A stretch of DNA of 64,000 bases from Minisyncoccia bacterium (GCA_050011835.1 JBEKII010000002.1:76173-140172); one strand, 5' to 3'; positions 31,884 through 41,753 are shown, counted from the first letter of the stretch. Program-made: numbers and translations. Notes: generated by a model from the letters alone, not told the origin.

Positions 31884-31940
31884 CTAGTTAAACTAAAATA
31901 ACCTATCATCAGGCTAGTTAAACTAACATAATATATCATC
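31884..31940. repeat. 27-nt direct repeat pair, each containing the palindrome TAGTTaAACTA
   Basis: CTAGTTAAACTAAAATAACCTATCATC / CTAGTTAAACTAACATAATATATCATC, 30-nt period. Confidence 0.7.
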
Positions 31941-31962
31941 CGACAGCATCCATTCGGGCTAT

Positions 31963-32481
31963 TTAAGTGGCCGCTGCCGCGACGTCCTCCATCGTGATAC
32001 CAGCCCGCTTGATGAGCATGTATTTCGTTTCGCCGGAGAGATATGGCTTTCGTATCGCACGGGATATCGCTCTCGCTTTCCTCGATGGTTGCTCATACTG
32101 AAGGCGACAGCAGATACGGCAGAGCGGGGATTCCAACATACTGTATTCGTAAAGGTACTTTACACGGCGGTAACAGCCGTTGCAGCGGAAGTAGAAAATA
32201 TATCCTCGGTCTGGCCCAAGATTGGAGGGTACGAACTCTACTTTCTGCCGATCCCAGTATAAATAACCGCCATGAATATCTCGCGCCGACTTAAAAGCGG
32301 TATTTTCAGGAAGATTTATCTGCTCAACCATATTTTTGACTTCGCCTAGATGTCGGGTGTTGAATATCCGCCCCCTATCCCTCATGTGCCACACAAAGGT
32401 TCTGATGTAGTCAGTAATATCCTTTCGATCTAACACTGTTATTTTCTGGTTTTTCTCTTGTCGGGAGCTGTACATAATCAC
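31963..32481 (-). CDS. Zinc-finger-like hypothetical protein
   Basis: YFRCNGCYRRVKYLY...LCRICCRLQY (two CxxC pairs). Confidence 0.7.
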   Translation of the reverse strand: MIMYSSRQEKNQKITVLDRKDITDYIRTFVWHMRDRGRIFNTRHLGEVKNMVEQINLPENTAFKSARDIHGGYLYWDRQKVEFVPSNLGPDRGYIFYFRCNGCYRRVKYLYEYSMLESPLCRICCRLQYEQPSRKARAISRAIRKPYLSGETKYMLIKRAGITMEDVAAAAT

Positions 32482-32566
32482 TAAGAATCTCTAAGACAAC
32501 TCTGCATAGCTCCGCAAATCCACGCTCAGCCATGCCGAAATCTGTTGCCAATCTCGTCTAACGGAT

Positions 32567-32662
32567 GCAACACGGTTGTGACGCCAGGAACCAGTACCGT
32601 CCCCCGTCAAAATTGGTACTGTACCGACCCTCATGGTCGGCTAGAAAAGCGCATAAAACCAC
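32567..32662 (+). repeat. Cassette-end repeat (96 nt), copy A
   Basis: 74/96 ungapped identity to 34619-34714; starts GCAACACGGTTGTGA; contains the inverted pair CAGTACC/GGTACTG. Confidence 0.85.
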
Positions 32663-32812
32663 GAGAGTGATTTTTGCGTATGTAGCATTTCCAACATATT
32701 TCCAGTTCAATTCCGACTCTCGTATTCGCCACTGTTTTGTGTTCTAATCACGGGAATCTGGTTCAATTCCGGCGCGGGTTTTTATATAAGAAAAGAGTAT
32801 ATAATCTAGAAA

Positions 32813-33397
32813 ATGAAGCGCATACCAATACCAAGTCCTTATTTTGACCTGAACGAACAGGTGAGCGATCTCTATTACGACGCAATGGAATTGGTTGATA
32901 GCGGGAAGGTTGGTGCGAAAAGGGCAGAGAAACTTTTAACAAAGGCACTTGAGCTCGATCAGCATTCCGTTCAGGTTCATATTGGTTTTGCACATGTATA
33001 CGGAACGCTTGGGGACAAAGTGAAGGCCGAGGATCATATTAAAAAAGCGTATAAAGAAACACAAAAACTCTTTCCCTCATGGCCTCGGCGCATGGAATGG
33101 GGCATTATGGAGAACCGGCCGTATATGCGAGCCATTCAATATCAGGCAGATTTATACGCTCGCACGAAAGTGAACGAAAAAGCCATTGAGCTATACCGGC
33201 TCCTTTTAAAAATGAATCCGAATGATAATCAGGGAGTTAGGTACACACTTTCTGGCGTCTATGCGGGAATAAGCGGTCAGGAGATAAACGCGATGTTTGA
33301 TGAGGGGAACGAAAAGCAAAACTGGGACGCGCTTGAACTACTGGTCAAGGAACAAAACGCGCAACACAGGTTTTGGAAAGAACCAAAACTGAAGTAG
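32813..33397 (+). CDS. TPR-like helical protein
   Basis: AEKLLTKALELD, W...ENRPYMRA, LLKMNPNDNQGVRY motif. Confidence 0.75.
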   Translation: MKRIPIPSPYFDLNEQVSDLYYDAMELVDSGKVGAKRAEKLLTKALELDQHSVQVHIGFAHVYGTLGDKVKAEDHIKKAYKETQKLFPSWPRRMEWGIMENRPYMRAIQYQADLYARTKVNEKAIELYRLLLKMNPNDNQGVRYTLSGVYAGISGQEINAMFDEGNEKQNWDALELLVKEQNAQHRFWKEPKLK

Positions 33398-33412
33398 TTT
33401 TGCTGAGCCTAA

Positions 33413-34468
33413 TTATTTTCTTCGATATCGCGTCGAACGGCCGCTACCGATGCGCTCGATCATCTTGAGCCGCATGAGTTTCTGCAAGGCTTGATTCACA
33501 GTCGGGCGCGGCACTCCAGCCGCGAGAGCAATTTCGCTCGGAGTCGCAGTGCCGGTCTGTGGAATATTCTTCCACACTAATTCCTGTTGCGGCGAAAGAA
33601 GTTGTTCGGTCTGTGCGTGCGTGAGCAAGTTGAGTGCCTGTTTCGACTGTTCAAGAATCACATTCAAGAAGAAGCGCATCCACGGTGTGATATTCGCATT
33701 GTTAAATCGAAACGTTCGTTGGCTCTGTCGGAGCGCGAGATAGTAATCGGTCTTATGGTCCTCGATGATTTTCTCATGCGAGACGTAGGGCATATAGGCG
33801 TAGCCCTGCTGCAAGAGAAGAAGGTTCGTGAGAATGCGTGACAGCCGCCCGTTGCCGTCCTCGAACGGATGAATGGCGAGAAATTCCACGATGAAGTTGC
33901 CGATGACGAGAAGAGGATGAAATTTCCGTTCGAGAATCGCTTGTTGTGTCCACTCCACGAGTTCCAACATTTCTTTGCCGGTCAGATACGCAGGCGTAGT
34001 ATCGAACAGCACACCAACCGACTCATCGGCGGCGTTTACCATCTCAACACGATTTTCTTTCTTCTTGTATTCGCCCCGATGCAGTTCGTCTTTTTCTGCA
34101 TGCTTCAAAAGCTCGCGATGGAAAAATTTAATAGTGCCTTCGGAGAAGGGAATTGATTGATACGAATTGAAGACATTCGTGAGCAATTCATAATATCCTT
34201 GGACCTCTTGCGCATCGCGACTTCGGAATCGCTTGAGCGAGAGTCCGCGCATGAGTTTCTCTACGTCTTCATCAGAGAGTTCTGATCCTTCGATGCGCGT
34301 CGAAGCGCCTGTCGAAGTGACTAGTACTGATTTTCGCAGACGCGTGAGCACCTGCCGATCCAAGTTAGCGCCTTCAACCCACTGCCCGCGAAGCTCGTCT
34401 ATCTGGCGAATAAGCTCCGAGATTTCGTTCGGAAAGGTCGTTATTCTTTTGTTAAATTTTCCATTCAT
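33413..34468 (-). CDS. Fic-domain protein with C-terminal winged HTH
   Basis: HPFEDGNGRLSR active-site motif, ASTRIEG inhibitory helix motif, GSGRSTRY end. Confidence 0.92.
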   Translation of the reverse strand: MNGKFNKRITTFPNEISELIRQIDELRGQWVEGANLDRQVLTRLRKSVLVTSTGASTRIEGSELSDEDVEKLMRGLSLKRFRSRDAQEVQGYYELLTNVFNSYQSIPFSEGTIKFFHRELLKHAEKDELHRGEYKKKENRVEMVNAADESVGVLFDTTPAYLTGKEMLELVEWTQQAILERKFHPLLVIGNFIVEFLAIHPFEDGNGRLSRILTNLLLLQQGYAYMPYVSHEKIIEDHKTDYYLALRQSQRTFRFNNANITPWMRFFLNVILEQSKQALNLLTHAQTEQLLSPQQELVWKNIPQTGTATPSEIALAAGVPRPTVNQALQKLMRLKMIERIGSGRSTRYRRK

Positions 34469-34594
34469 AATCTTATATATCTGATACATGAGATTGTATA
34501 AGATTACATAAGAAAATGCAATATCCTGAGTACTGAACGGGGCGTAGAATTTAATAAAAGCAAGTAGATAAGCCACATGTGACACTTTTCAGAT

Positions 34595-34714
34595 AAGTCC
34601 AGTTCGATTATGGACCCGGCAACACGGTTGTGATGTCGGTTTCCAGTACCGGTGTTCGTCAAAATCAGTACTGTACCGACTCCTTCGATTGGCCAAAAAA
34701 GCGCATAAAACCAC
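34595..34714 (+). repeat. Composite junction: 30-bp att repeat copy 2 fused to cassette-end repeat copy B
   Basis: 34595-34624 equals 24733-24762; 34619-34714 resembles 32567-32662. Confidence 0.88.
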
Positions 34715-34754
34715 ATGAGCGCCAAGAAAGCGCTATACTGCGCTCATCGGTCCT

Positions 34755-35747
34755 ATGAAGAAGAGTACACTTATCCGAACTTTCGTCATCGCGCTCTTGC
34801 TCGTGGCGCCCTCCATGGCGCTCGCAGCAGGTCTTACCTCATCGCAGGTAGGCGCGATCCTTGGTCTCCTTCGCGCCTTCAATGCACGGGAATCACTCAT
34901 CGCGAGCGTCGCCGACGCCCTCGTGCCCTCGCAGCTTGCCGATCCGCTTCCGGCACCAGTCTCTTCATCGACTCCCGTCGTACCACTTACGCGCCCTGAC
35001 ACGAGCGGCAGTCCCTACACCTCGGGCAGCCTCGGCTACGATCTTTCATTCAATACGCAAAACTATCCCCAGATACCGTTCGGCTTCGTTGTAGTCGGCG
35101 TCACGACCGGCAAGGCATACGCGTATAATGAGCGCGCCCGCTCGGAATATTCTTTTGCGCAGTTCGGTTCCATACGACCGACCTTCTATCTCAATCTCAA
35201 TGCACCGTATGGCAGCACCGCGACGAGCACGAACATGAACGCACCACATGCCTGCGATGCGCTTTTCGGCGCAGCCACCACATCCACTTCGGCTGGCGGC
35301 ACGTATCCAGAGCCGACCGTCTGCGCAAGCTATAACTATGGTTACAACGCAGCGAAAGGCGCCTACGCCTATGCGGCGGGCGCAGGCGTCTCGGCGCCAC
35401 TTTGGTGGCTCGATGTCGAGGATGCGAACAGCTGGTCGCCCGATGTCGCCGTGAACGATGCGGTGATACAGGGAGCAATGGATTACCTGAATGACGAGGG
35501 CATCCGCGTCGGCATCTACTCCGTGCCACGCATGTGGCGCGATATCGCTGGCGATAGCTTCTCTCTCGCACAATCGTTCTCGGGCAGAAGCGCCGCCACG
35601 CCAACCTGGTTTCCAATCGGAATCGCCACGGAGGTTGGAGCTCTCAATGCATGCCTCACCGGCAGCTCCCTCATCTCCGGCAGTCCCATCTGGATCATCC
35701 AGTATGAGACGGATTCGACCGCCGTCGACCAGAACATCGCATGCTAA
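34755..35747 (+). CDS. Secreted glycoside-hydrolase-like (GH25/DUF1906-type) protein
   Basis: Signal peptide, LTSSQVGAILGLLRAF motif, GYDLS, WWLDVE, VGIYS, WIIQY. Confidence 0.6.
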   Translation: MKKSTLIRTFVIALLLVAPSMALAAGLTSSQVGAILGLLRAFNARESLIASVADALVPSQLADPLPAPVSSSTPVVPLTRPDTSGSPYTSGSLGYDLSFNTQNYPQIPFGFVVVGVTTGKAYAYNERARSEYSFAQFGSIRPTFYLNLNAPYGSTATSTNMNAPHACDALFGAATTSTSAGGTYPEPTVCASYNYGYNAAKGAYAYAAGAGVSAPLWWLDVEDANSWSPDVAVNDAVIQGAMDYLNDEGIRVGIYSVPRMWRDIAGDSFSLAQSFSGRSAATPTWFPIGIATEVGALNACLTGSSLISGSPIWIIQYETDSTAVDQNIAC

Positions 35748-35855
35748 GAGAGCGCCACATCAACACTTTTTCTCTCACCAAAAACTAGCAAGCAATTCTC
35801 TAAACGTTTTAAAATGTCCTCTGGATTGACTGCGGCGGGTACGGCATCGGCGCAT

Positions 35856-35873
35856 GCAATACAGTTGTGATGT
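35856..35873 (+). repeat. Distal junction-core variant
   Basis: GCAATACAGTTGTGATGT, 16/18 to 34619-34636, intergenic. Confidence 0.55.
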
Positions 35874-35932
35874 TCATATCTGCCTCGTTCAATGATGTAT
35901 ATTAGGGGCATTAATCAATTAATCACCGTATT

Positions 35933-36208
35933 ATGAAAAATGCTTGGTGGTGGATTGTGATAGTGGTAATCGTTCTTGCCGTCGGTTTCTTCTTCTTGCG
36001 CCCGCAGACAACGTCAAATCAAGCGTCTTCGACGGCGGTGAAGCAAACGACAAGCATGCCTGCAACGGCGGCGGTAGAAACGGCGCCGACGCCCGCGGCA
36101 GGCATTGCCGCGCGCAACAACTCGGATGCGTCACTTAACGCCGACATAAACGACATTAACAGCCAAATAACTCAGCTCAACGCCGATTCTCAGGCAGCGG
36201 CGCAATAA
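35933..36208 (+). CDS. Small membrane-anchored protein
   Basis: N-terminal TM, T/A-rich linker, short coiled coil. Confidence 0.65.
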   Translation: MKNAWWWIVIVVIVLAVGFFFLRPQTTSNQASSTAVKQTTSMPATAAVETAPTPAAGIAARNNSDASLNADINDINSQITQLNADSQAAAQ

Positions 36209-36214
36209 AATAAT

Positions 36215-37012
36215 ATGAAACACCTCAAATCTTTTCTTGCCGCGGGTATGGTTGCTACACTGGTGCTTGGTGCAGCGCCAGTATTCGCGCAATCGATCAC
36301 CGCGACCGCGGCTGTCTCGCCGCGCACTACGCGCGTCGCTTCCACCTCTGCTCTACGCGCGGCACGTGGGGCGAATGCCGTTGCGAATGCAAAATCCGCC
36401 GCTGATAAACAAATTGCCGCGCGCGTAGACAGTTTAAACAAGCTCCTTACGCGAGTGCAGGCGATGGTGCATCTCACTGCCGATGAAAAATCTTCAATTT
36501 CCGTAACTGTCTCTGGCAATATCTCTTCGCTTAATGCGCTCCAGAGCAAGATTGACGCCGATGCGACAACCACGCTCAAGGCCGACATCCAATCAATCAC
36601 AAAGGGCGAGCGCATTTATCTCCTTGTTGAGCCGCAAATTGCAATTCTTGCCGCCGCCGACCGCGCCGCATCTATCGGCGACATGTTCACCGCGCTCGCG
36701 GGCAAGATAGCAACGCGTCTCGCATCAACACCAAACGCCACGGCATCTTCACTTCTCGCTGATCTTCAGGCGAAAGTCGCTGATGTGGAAACGCAATCCG
36801 CAGCGGCAATTTCAGAAACTGCGTCGCTCCAGCCGGACAACGGCGTTGCTTCCGTGCGGGCGTCAAACACAGCGGCGCTGAAGGATGCGCGTAGCAAAAT
36901 TCAAGCCGCGCAGAAAGACCTCAAGACGGCGTATCAGGACGCGGCACAGATCGTGAAGGCCATCAAGGGCGCGCAACCGATGACCTCTTCAACGTCAACG
37001 AGCCCGCAATAA
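36215..37012 (+). CDS. Secreted alanine-rich coiled-coil protein
   Basis: Signal peptide (VFA|Q), heptad pattern. Confidence 0.75.
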   Translation: MKHLKSFLAAGMVATLVLGAAPVFAQSITATAAVSPRTTRVASTSALRAARGANAVANAKSAADKQIAARVDSLNKLLTRVQAMVHLTADEKSSISVTVSGNISSLNALQSKIDADATTTLKADIQSITKGERIYLLVEPQIAILAAADRAASIGDMFTALAGKIATRLASTPNATASSLLADLQAKVADVETQSAAAISETASLQPDNGVASVRASNTAALKDARSKIQAAQKDLKTAYQDAAQIVKAIKGAQPMTSSTSTSPQ

Positions 37013-37032
37013 AACGCTGTCTCGTTAAGGTC

Positions 37033-37605
37033 ATGGGCAATCTCTCTATTGATAAATCGAAAACGGCGCTAGTCGTTATTGACCTCCAGAAGGGTATCGC
37101 AGGACGACCGACCGCTCCGCACACATCCGAGGTCGTCATAAAAAATGCGGCGGCGCTCGCCGCCGCATTCAGGAAGAACTCCATGCCGGTGTTTTTGGTG
37201 CGGGTCACCCCATCTTTTGACGGAAAGGATGCATTGCGTCCTATCGTTGATACGACAATGCCGGCTCACGCTCTTCCGTCGAATTGGGCGGATATTGTTC
37301 CTGAGATGGGACCGAAGCACGGAGACTTCGTGATCACCAAGCATCAATGGGGCGCCTTTTACGGTACGGAATTGGATTTGGAATTTAGACGGCGCGCCAT
37401 TACGACGATGGTGCTCTGTGGCATCGCGACAAACATCGGCGTTGAGAGCACCGCCCGATTCGCGTATGAATACGGCTACCAGCAAATCTTTGCCGAAGAT
37501 GCGATGTCTGCCATGTCCGCCGAGGAGCACGTATTTACCGTTACTAAAATATTTCCTCGTATCGGTTTGGTGAGGATAACCAAGGAAATAATCGCCGGTT
37601 TGTAA
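37033..37605 (+). CDS. Isochorismatase-family cysteine hydrolase
   Basis: ALVVIDLQ, KHQWGAFYGT, GIATNIGVESTAR. Confidence 0.92.
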   Translation: MGNLSIDKSKTALVVIDLQKGIAGRPTAPHTSEVVIKNAAALAAAFRKNSMPVFLVRVTPSFDGKDALRPIVDTTMPAHALPSNWADIVPEMGPKHGDFVITKHQWGAFYGTELDLEFRRRAITTMVLCGIATNIGVESTARFAYEYGYQQIFAEDAMSAMSAEEHVFTVTKIFPRIGLVRITKEIIAGL

Positions 37606-37621
37606 ACAAAAATCACATGGT

Positions 37622-38026
37622 ATGCAGAAACCAACCGAAAGGCGAGTAGAATATTATCTGAAAATTATTATTGCGATAGCCGCCGTGATTCTCGCGGTCC
37701 TGTGCGTAATGCTCGTAAGGGAATATAAGCATCTGCGCCGGATTGATCATTTTACGGCATACGGGCCATGGCTCGCTGCGCTTCATGCGAGAAGTCCTTT
37801 GGGAGCAAGCGATGCGAGTTCCGTGCAGACATGGATGACGTTTGATTACATCAATCATCTTTTTGCTTTGCCGTCGCGGTATGTGCAGACAACTCTTCAC
37901 ATAACGGATAGCCGCTACCCTCGTTTGACCGTAGCCGAATATGCCGAGGACCAGCATATGAAGCAACTAACATTTCTCGCGCAAGTACAAAACGCTATTC
38001 GTGCGTATTTTGCCCAGAAACAATGA
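37622..38026 (+). CDS. Hypothetical single-TM protein
   Basis: TM, WMTFDYIN motif; overlaps the dedA start (ATGA). Confidence 0.7.
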   Translation: MQKPTERRVEYYLKIIIAIAAVILAVLCVMLVREYKHLRRIDHFTAYGPWLAALHARSPLGASDASSVQTWMTFDYINHLFALPSRYVQTTLHITDSRYPRLTVAEYAEDQHMKQLTFLAQVQNAIRAYFAQKQ

Positions 38027-38664
38027 ACGGTTTTGTAGCGTCGCTGTTGTCGTTCCTATTGCTCTATAAATATTGGGCGCTCTTCGTCGTTATGTTCACT
38101 GCTGCTATTATCCTGCCGCTCCCGACGAACAGCATGCTTCTTGCGGCGGGTGCCTTTGCGAGCCAGGGATACTTTAGTTTCTCGCTCTCGTTCGTCGTTG
38201 CCGTTGTCGCAAGTATTTTTGGAGATTGCCTCGATTACTTTTTAGCCCGCAGATACGGGCGCCACATACTCGAAATGCTTCACCTGCGCATACCTTCTTA
38301 TATTGAGCGGCTTGAACACTACGTGAGGAGACATTCAGGACCGACGATATTTTTTACGCGGTTTGCAGGTACTGCCGATTCGTTGGCGAATCTTCTTTCC
38401 GGATTCATCGGCATGTCGTTTGGAACATTTATTGCATATGATTTTCTTGGCAACGCCGCCTCTATAGGCGGCGTGCTGTATTCCGGTTATTTTCTCGGCA
38501 GCTACTGGCAAAGTTTCTCGGAACTTTTCAATATCGCGGGATGGATATTTCTTGGATTTATCGTTATGGCCGCTTTAGCGGTGACTGTGTGGTACAGAAA
38601 CCACACCAGAGGCGAGACGGCCTCTAGAAGAATCCGAACAGATGAGAGAAGAATCCGCCAATAG
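38023..38664 (+). CDS. DedA-family membrane protein
   Basis: LPLP...LLAAG, GD..DYFLARRYG, IFFTRF motifs. Confidence 0.9.
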   Translation: MNGFVASLLSFLLLYKYWALFVVMFTAAIILPLPTNSMLLAAGAFASQGYFSFSLSFVVAVVASIFGDCLDYFLARRYGRHILEMLHLRIPSYIERLEHYVRRHSGPTIFFTRFAGTADSLANLLSGFIGMSFGTFIAYDFLGNAASIGGVLYSGYFLGSYWQSFSELFNIAGWIFLGFIVMAALAVTVWYRNHTRGETASRRIRTDERRIRQ

Positions 38665-39631
38665 CGTTAAGGACACCGCGATGCACTGGGGGATTGGAGC
38701 CCGTTGAATTATTCGGAGAGCTTGGAGAGGTTCCTTGATCAATGATAGACGAAGCGGTTACTGACGTACCGTTTACGGTGCCCTGCACAACGACGTTATC
38801 TCCTACGACGACGTTTGAAATCGTCGCTCCCATCGTCGTGACACCCGCTTTTGATACCTTTGCGGAAGAGGCATCCACGGTGTACGTGACGTTGCTCTTG
38901 TTCGTGACGGTAAGAGTTGAGCCGTTGATTGCGGTCATGTTACCGCCGATAACTGGCTGGCCGTTCCCTTGGATTGCCGGTGTCTGTCCCTGCGACATGC
39001 CGTCGCGAATGGTTTTCGCGGTTACCGATGTGCCGCTCACTGTTCCTTGCACCATTACTGTGTCGCCTGTCGCAATGTTTGACACGGATGAGTTTGCTCC
39101 GTTCTTAGTAACCGTGGCGTTGGATGCGTCTACTGTGTAGGTCGTCGCGGTCGCATTTTGTCTGAAGCCCTTGCTGGTTACGGTTAGCGTCGTACCGCTA
39201 ACCGAAGCGACGGTGCCGAAGACGCCGGGATTCATGCCCGTGTGCCCGCCCATCATCATTGAACCGTCACGGATTGCGGTTGCCGTAACGCTTGAACCGC
39301 TTACGGTTCCTTGAATCATCACGGTATCACCGACAGCGATAGCCGAGACGGACGAACTCGCTCCGTTCTTGGTGACGGTCGCGTTTGTTGCGTCAACCGT
39401 ATAAGGGGTCGAAGCCGTGCTACCGCGTTGCCAATTCTTAGAATTGACTGTGAGCGTGTTGCCAGAAATCGAAGTAACCATGCCGACAACTGCCGGACGC
39501 GACATAGCAGCACCACCATGACCGAATCCGCCCGTGCCTGCCGCAAGTGCAGTACCAACGAGAGCGAAAGAACCAATAAGTGCTGAACCGACGATAAGAG
39601 CTGATAAATTGCGTTTAGTAAGTTTGTGCAT
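38624..39631 (-). CDS. Secreted protein with three DUF5666-like beta repeats
   Basis: Three copies of G.V..ISG.TLTV...YTVDAS.ATVTK...I..GD.V.VQGTV.G.SVTA; signal peptide; amphipathic C-terminus. Confidence 0.8.
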   Translation of the reverse strand: MHKLTKRNLSALIVGSALIGSFALVGTALAAGTGGFGHGGAAMSRPAVVGMVTSISGNTLTVNSKNWQRGSTASTPYTVDATNATVTKNGASSSVSAIAVGDTVMIQGTVSGSSVTATAIRDGSMMMGGHTGMNPGVFGTVASVSGTTLTVTSKGFRQNATATTYTVDASNATVTKNGANSSVSNIATGDTVMVQGTVSGTSVTAKTIRDGMSQGQTPAIQGNGQPVIGGNMTAINGSTLTVTNKSNVTYTVDASSAKVSKAGVTTMGATISNVVVGDNVVVQGTVNGTSVTASSIIDQGTSPSSPNNSTGSNPPVHRGVLNAIGGFFSHLFGFF

Positions 39632-39740
39632 AATGATGTTGTGGTTAGTGACTAATAGCTGATAGCTAAGCGTACAGGTATATATACGCCTGAGAAGTAA
39701 AAACATTTCTTTATGCCGTGCGTATATTATAATAGTGAGT

Positions 39741-41753
39741 ATGAAACGCACCTTTTCTTTAAATCTCGCCGCTTTATCCGTAAGTTTTTTTATTAGTCTT
39801 GCGCCCTCTGCTTTCGCCACGGTGCCGCCGACTCTCTCGCTCGCAGCAACTGGCAGCGGAGACAACGTTCAAATAACTATTACCGGCGACCCGAATGTGA
39901 GCGTTCTTCTCTCGTATACCGAAACCGGCTCTGGCCCGCAAATCACCTCGCTCGGTTCAACTGATTCAACGGGTTCTTTCTCAACAGTCGTGTCAAGCGC
40001 GACGTACGGCCTTACCTCCGGCACGCTCGTTACCGCGATTTTAAACGGCACCAGCGGGCCAAAGTCGCCGACCGTTGCGTGGCCAACGGTTAATTCTACG
40101 AATTCTCTTGCCTTGAGCCAGAATGCCGTCGTGCTCAACGCCGGTTCCTCAGCGAGCGTCACTGCGACGAATATCGGTTCTGGGGCATTGTATGTTTCCA
40201 ACAACTCAAATCCTTCAATCGCGAATGTAAGCGTCAGCGGAACCCAAGTCACTTTTTCGGGCAATACTGCCGGAGCGACGACGGTGACGCTTTGTCAGGT
40301 TGGTAACGCGACTAGCTGCCCGAGCGTGTATGTCACCGTGGAGCAGTCGGGAGCAGGACAACTCTCTTTCAGCCAAAATAACGTCTCGGTTGTCAACGGA
40401 CAAAATTTACCGATCACTATCAGCGGCGGCAACGGAGCGTATGAGATTACTTACAATTCAAACTCCAGTGTCATTCAGGCAAGTATTAGCGGTTCGGTAC
40501 TTACCTTGAGCACGGGCGCGTCAAGCGGTTCCTCTTCAATTACCGTCTGCTCTTCTGATATGGCGATGTGTGGTGTCGTCGTGGCTGTGGCGGGGAGCGC
40601 AAACTCCGTCGCGATTTCTTTCAGCAACGGCGCTCCTGTTCTTTCAACCAACCAGAGTATGACGATTAATATCTACGGACCATCAGGCGTGCAGTTCTAT
40701 GTTTCTTCCAATTCAAGCCCGAGCATTGTGCAGGCGAATCTCTCTGGCACGACACTCACGTTAACTGGTATCGCGGCGGGTTCATCGTCCATCTCCGTTT
40801 GCGCTTCAACGGGCACGTGCGCATCGCTTATCGCGACGGTTCAGTACGCCACGACCGGCGCGAACATTACGATTAGCCAAAACGCCCTTTCTCTTCTTGC
40901 GGGCCAAAACACCACGATAACCATTTCAGGCGGCGAACAACCTTATTTTGTCTCGGGCGGAACGAGCTCAATAGCGCAGGAGACCTTGAACGGTAGCACG
41001 CTCACGGTCTACGGCGTCGCGATTGGCACATCGTCATCAAATGTATGTTCGGCAGGTGGCGGTTGCGTGCCGCTTACCGTAACGGTGAACGGTTCGGGCA
41101 CAACCGCGGCATTCTCTATGAGCCAGAGCAATGTTTCGCTTGTCGTGGGCCAAATTTCAACAGTCACTTTGTACGGCAACGGCAATTATTATCTCTCTAG
41201 CAATACCGGACCGAGCGTCGCTTCGGTTACCATAAGCGGGCCAAGCGCGATTGTCTCCGGATTAAGCTCCGGGAGTACAAACGCTGCTATCTGCGAGAGT
41301 GGCGGTTCTTGCGCGACGCTTGTTGTGACAGTCAATAATACGGCGGCGCAAACATCACCGGCGCCGACCGCTATAGTGACGAATCCGCCGACTAGTACAT
41401 TCACAAAATATCTTGCGCCCGGCTCGGGAAACGCACAAGTGACCGTGCTTCAGCAGGCACTCGCGGCCCAAGGTTATTTCTCCGGCGCCGTCACAGGTTA
41501 CTACGGCGCGCAGACCAAAGCCGCTGTCATTAAATTTCAGACAGCGCATAGCATCAATCCGCTTGGCGTCGTCGGCCCTGCGACACGCACGGCGCTTAAT
41601 CAGCTTGGGAGTACGTCCGTGCCGAACACGAATAACATCTCAAACGTGGACATTACCACTATGACCCTGAGTCAGCTTCAGGCCGAAGTGCAATCACTTG
41701 AATCGCAACTCACTCAAGTTCTCAACCGCATCACGCAATTAACGGGGCAGTAG
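39741..41753 (+). CDS. Secreted Ig-like repeat protein with C-terminal peptidoglycan-binding domain
   Basis: Signal peptide, five ~85-aa S/T-rich repeats each with a Cys pair, LQQAL..QGYF...G.VGPATR.ALN. Confidence 0.82.
   Translation: MKRTFSLNLAALSVSFFISLAPSAFATVPPTLSLAATGSGDNVQITITGDPNVSVLLSYTETGSGPQITSLGSTDSTGSFSTVVSSATYGLTSGTLVTAILNGTSGPKSPTVAWPTVNSTNSLALSQNAVVLNAGSSASVTATNIGSGALYVSNNSNPSIANVSVSGTQVTFSGNTAGATTVTLCQVGNATSCPSVYVTVEQSGAGQLSFSQNNVSVVNGQNLPITISGGNGAYEITYNSNSSVIQASISGSVLTLSTGASSGSSSITVCSSDMAMCGVVVAVAGSANSVAISFSNGAPVLSTNQSMTINIYGPSGVQFYVSSNSSPSIVQANLSGTTLTLTGIAAGSSSISVCASTGTCASLIATVQYATTGANITISQNALSLLAGQNTTITISGGEQPYFVSGGTSSIAQETLNGSTLTVYGVAIGTSSSNVCSAGGGCVPLTVTVNGSGTTAAFSMSQSNVSLVVGQISTVTLYGNGNYYLSSNTGPSVASVTISGPSAIVSGLSSGSTNAAICESGGSCATLVVTVNNTAAQTSPAPTAIVTNPPTSTFTKYLAPGSGNAQVTVLQQALAAQGYFSGAVTGYYGAQTKAAVIKFQTAHSINPLGVVGPATRTALNQLGSTSVPNTNNISNVDITTMTLSQLQAEVQSLESQLTQVLNRITQLTGQ

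Larger units (their letters stand above)
24757..32572. mobile_element. Integrative element: recombinase, replication-like NTPase and cargo
   Basis: Bounded by GCAACA cores; integrase at the left edge; no virion or conjugation genes recognised. Confidence 0.75.

Noticed and set aside
24757-32572. Prophage
   Set aside because: No capsid, terminase, portal, tail or lysis genes recognised
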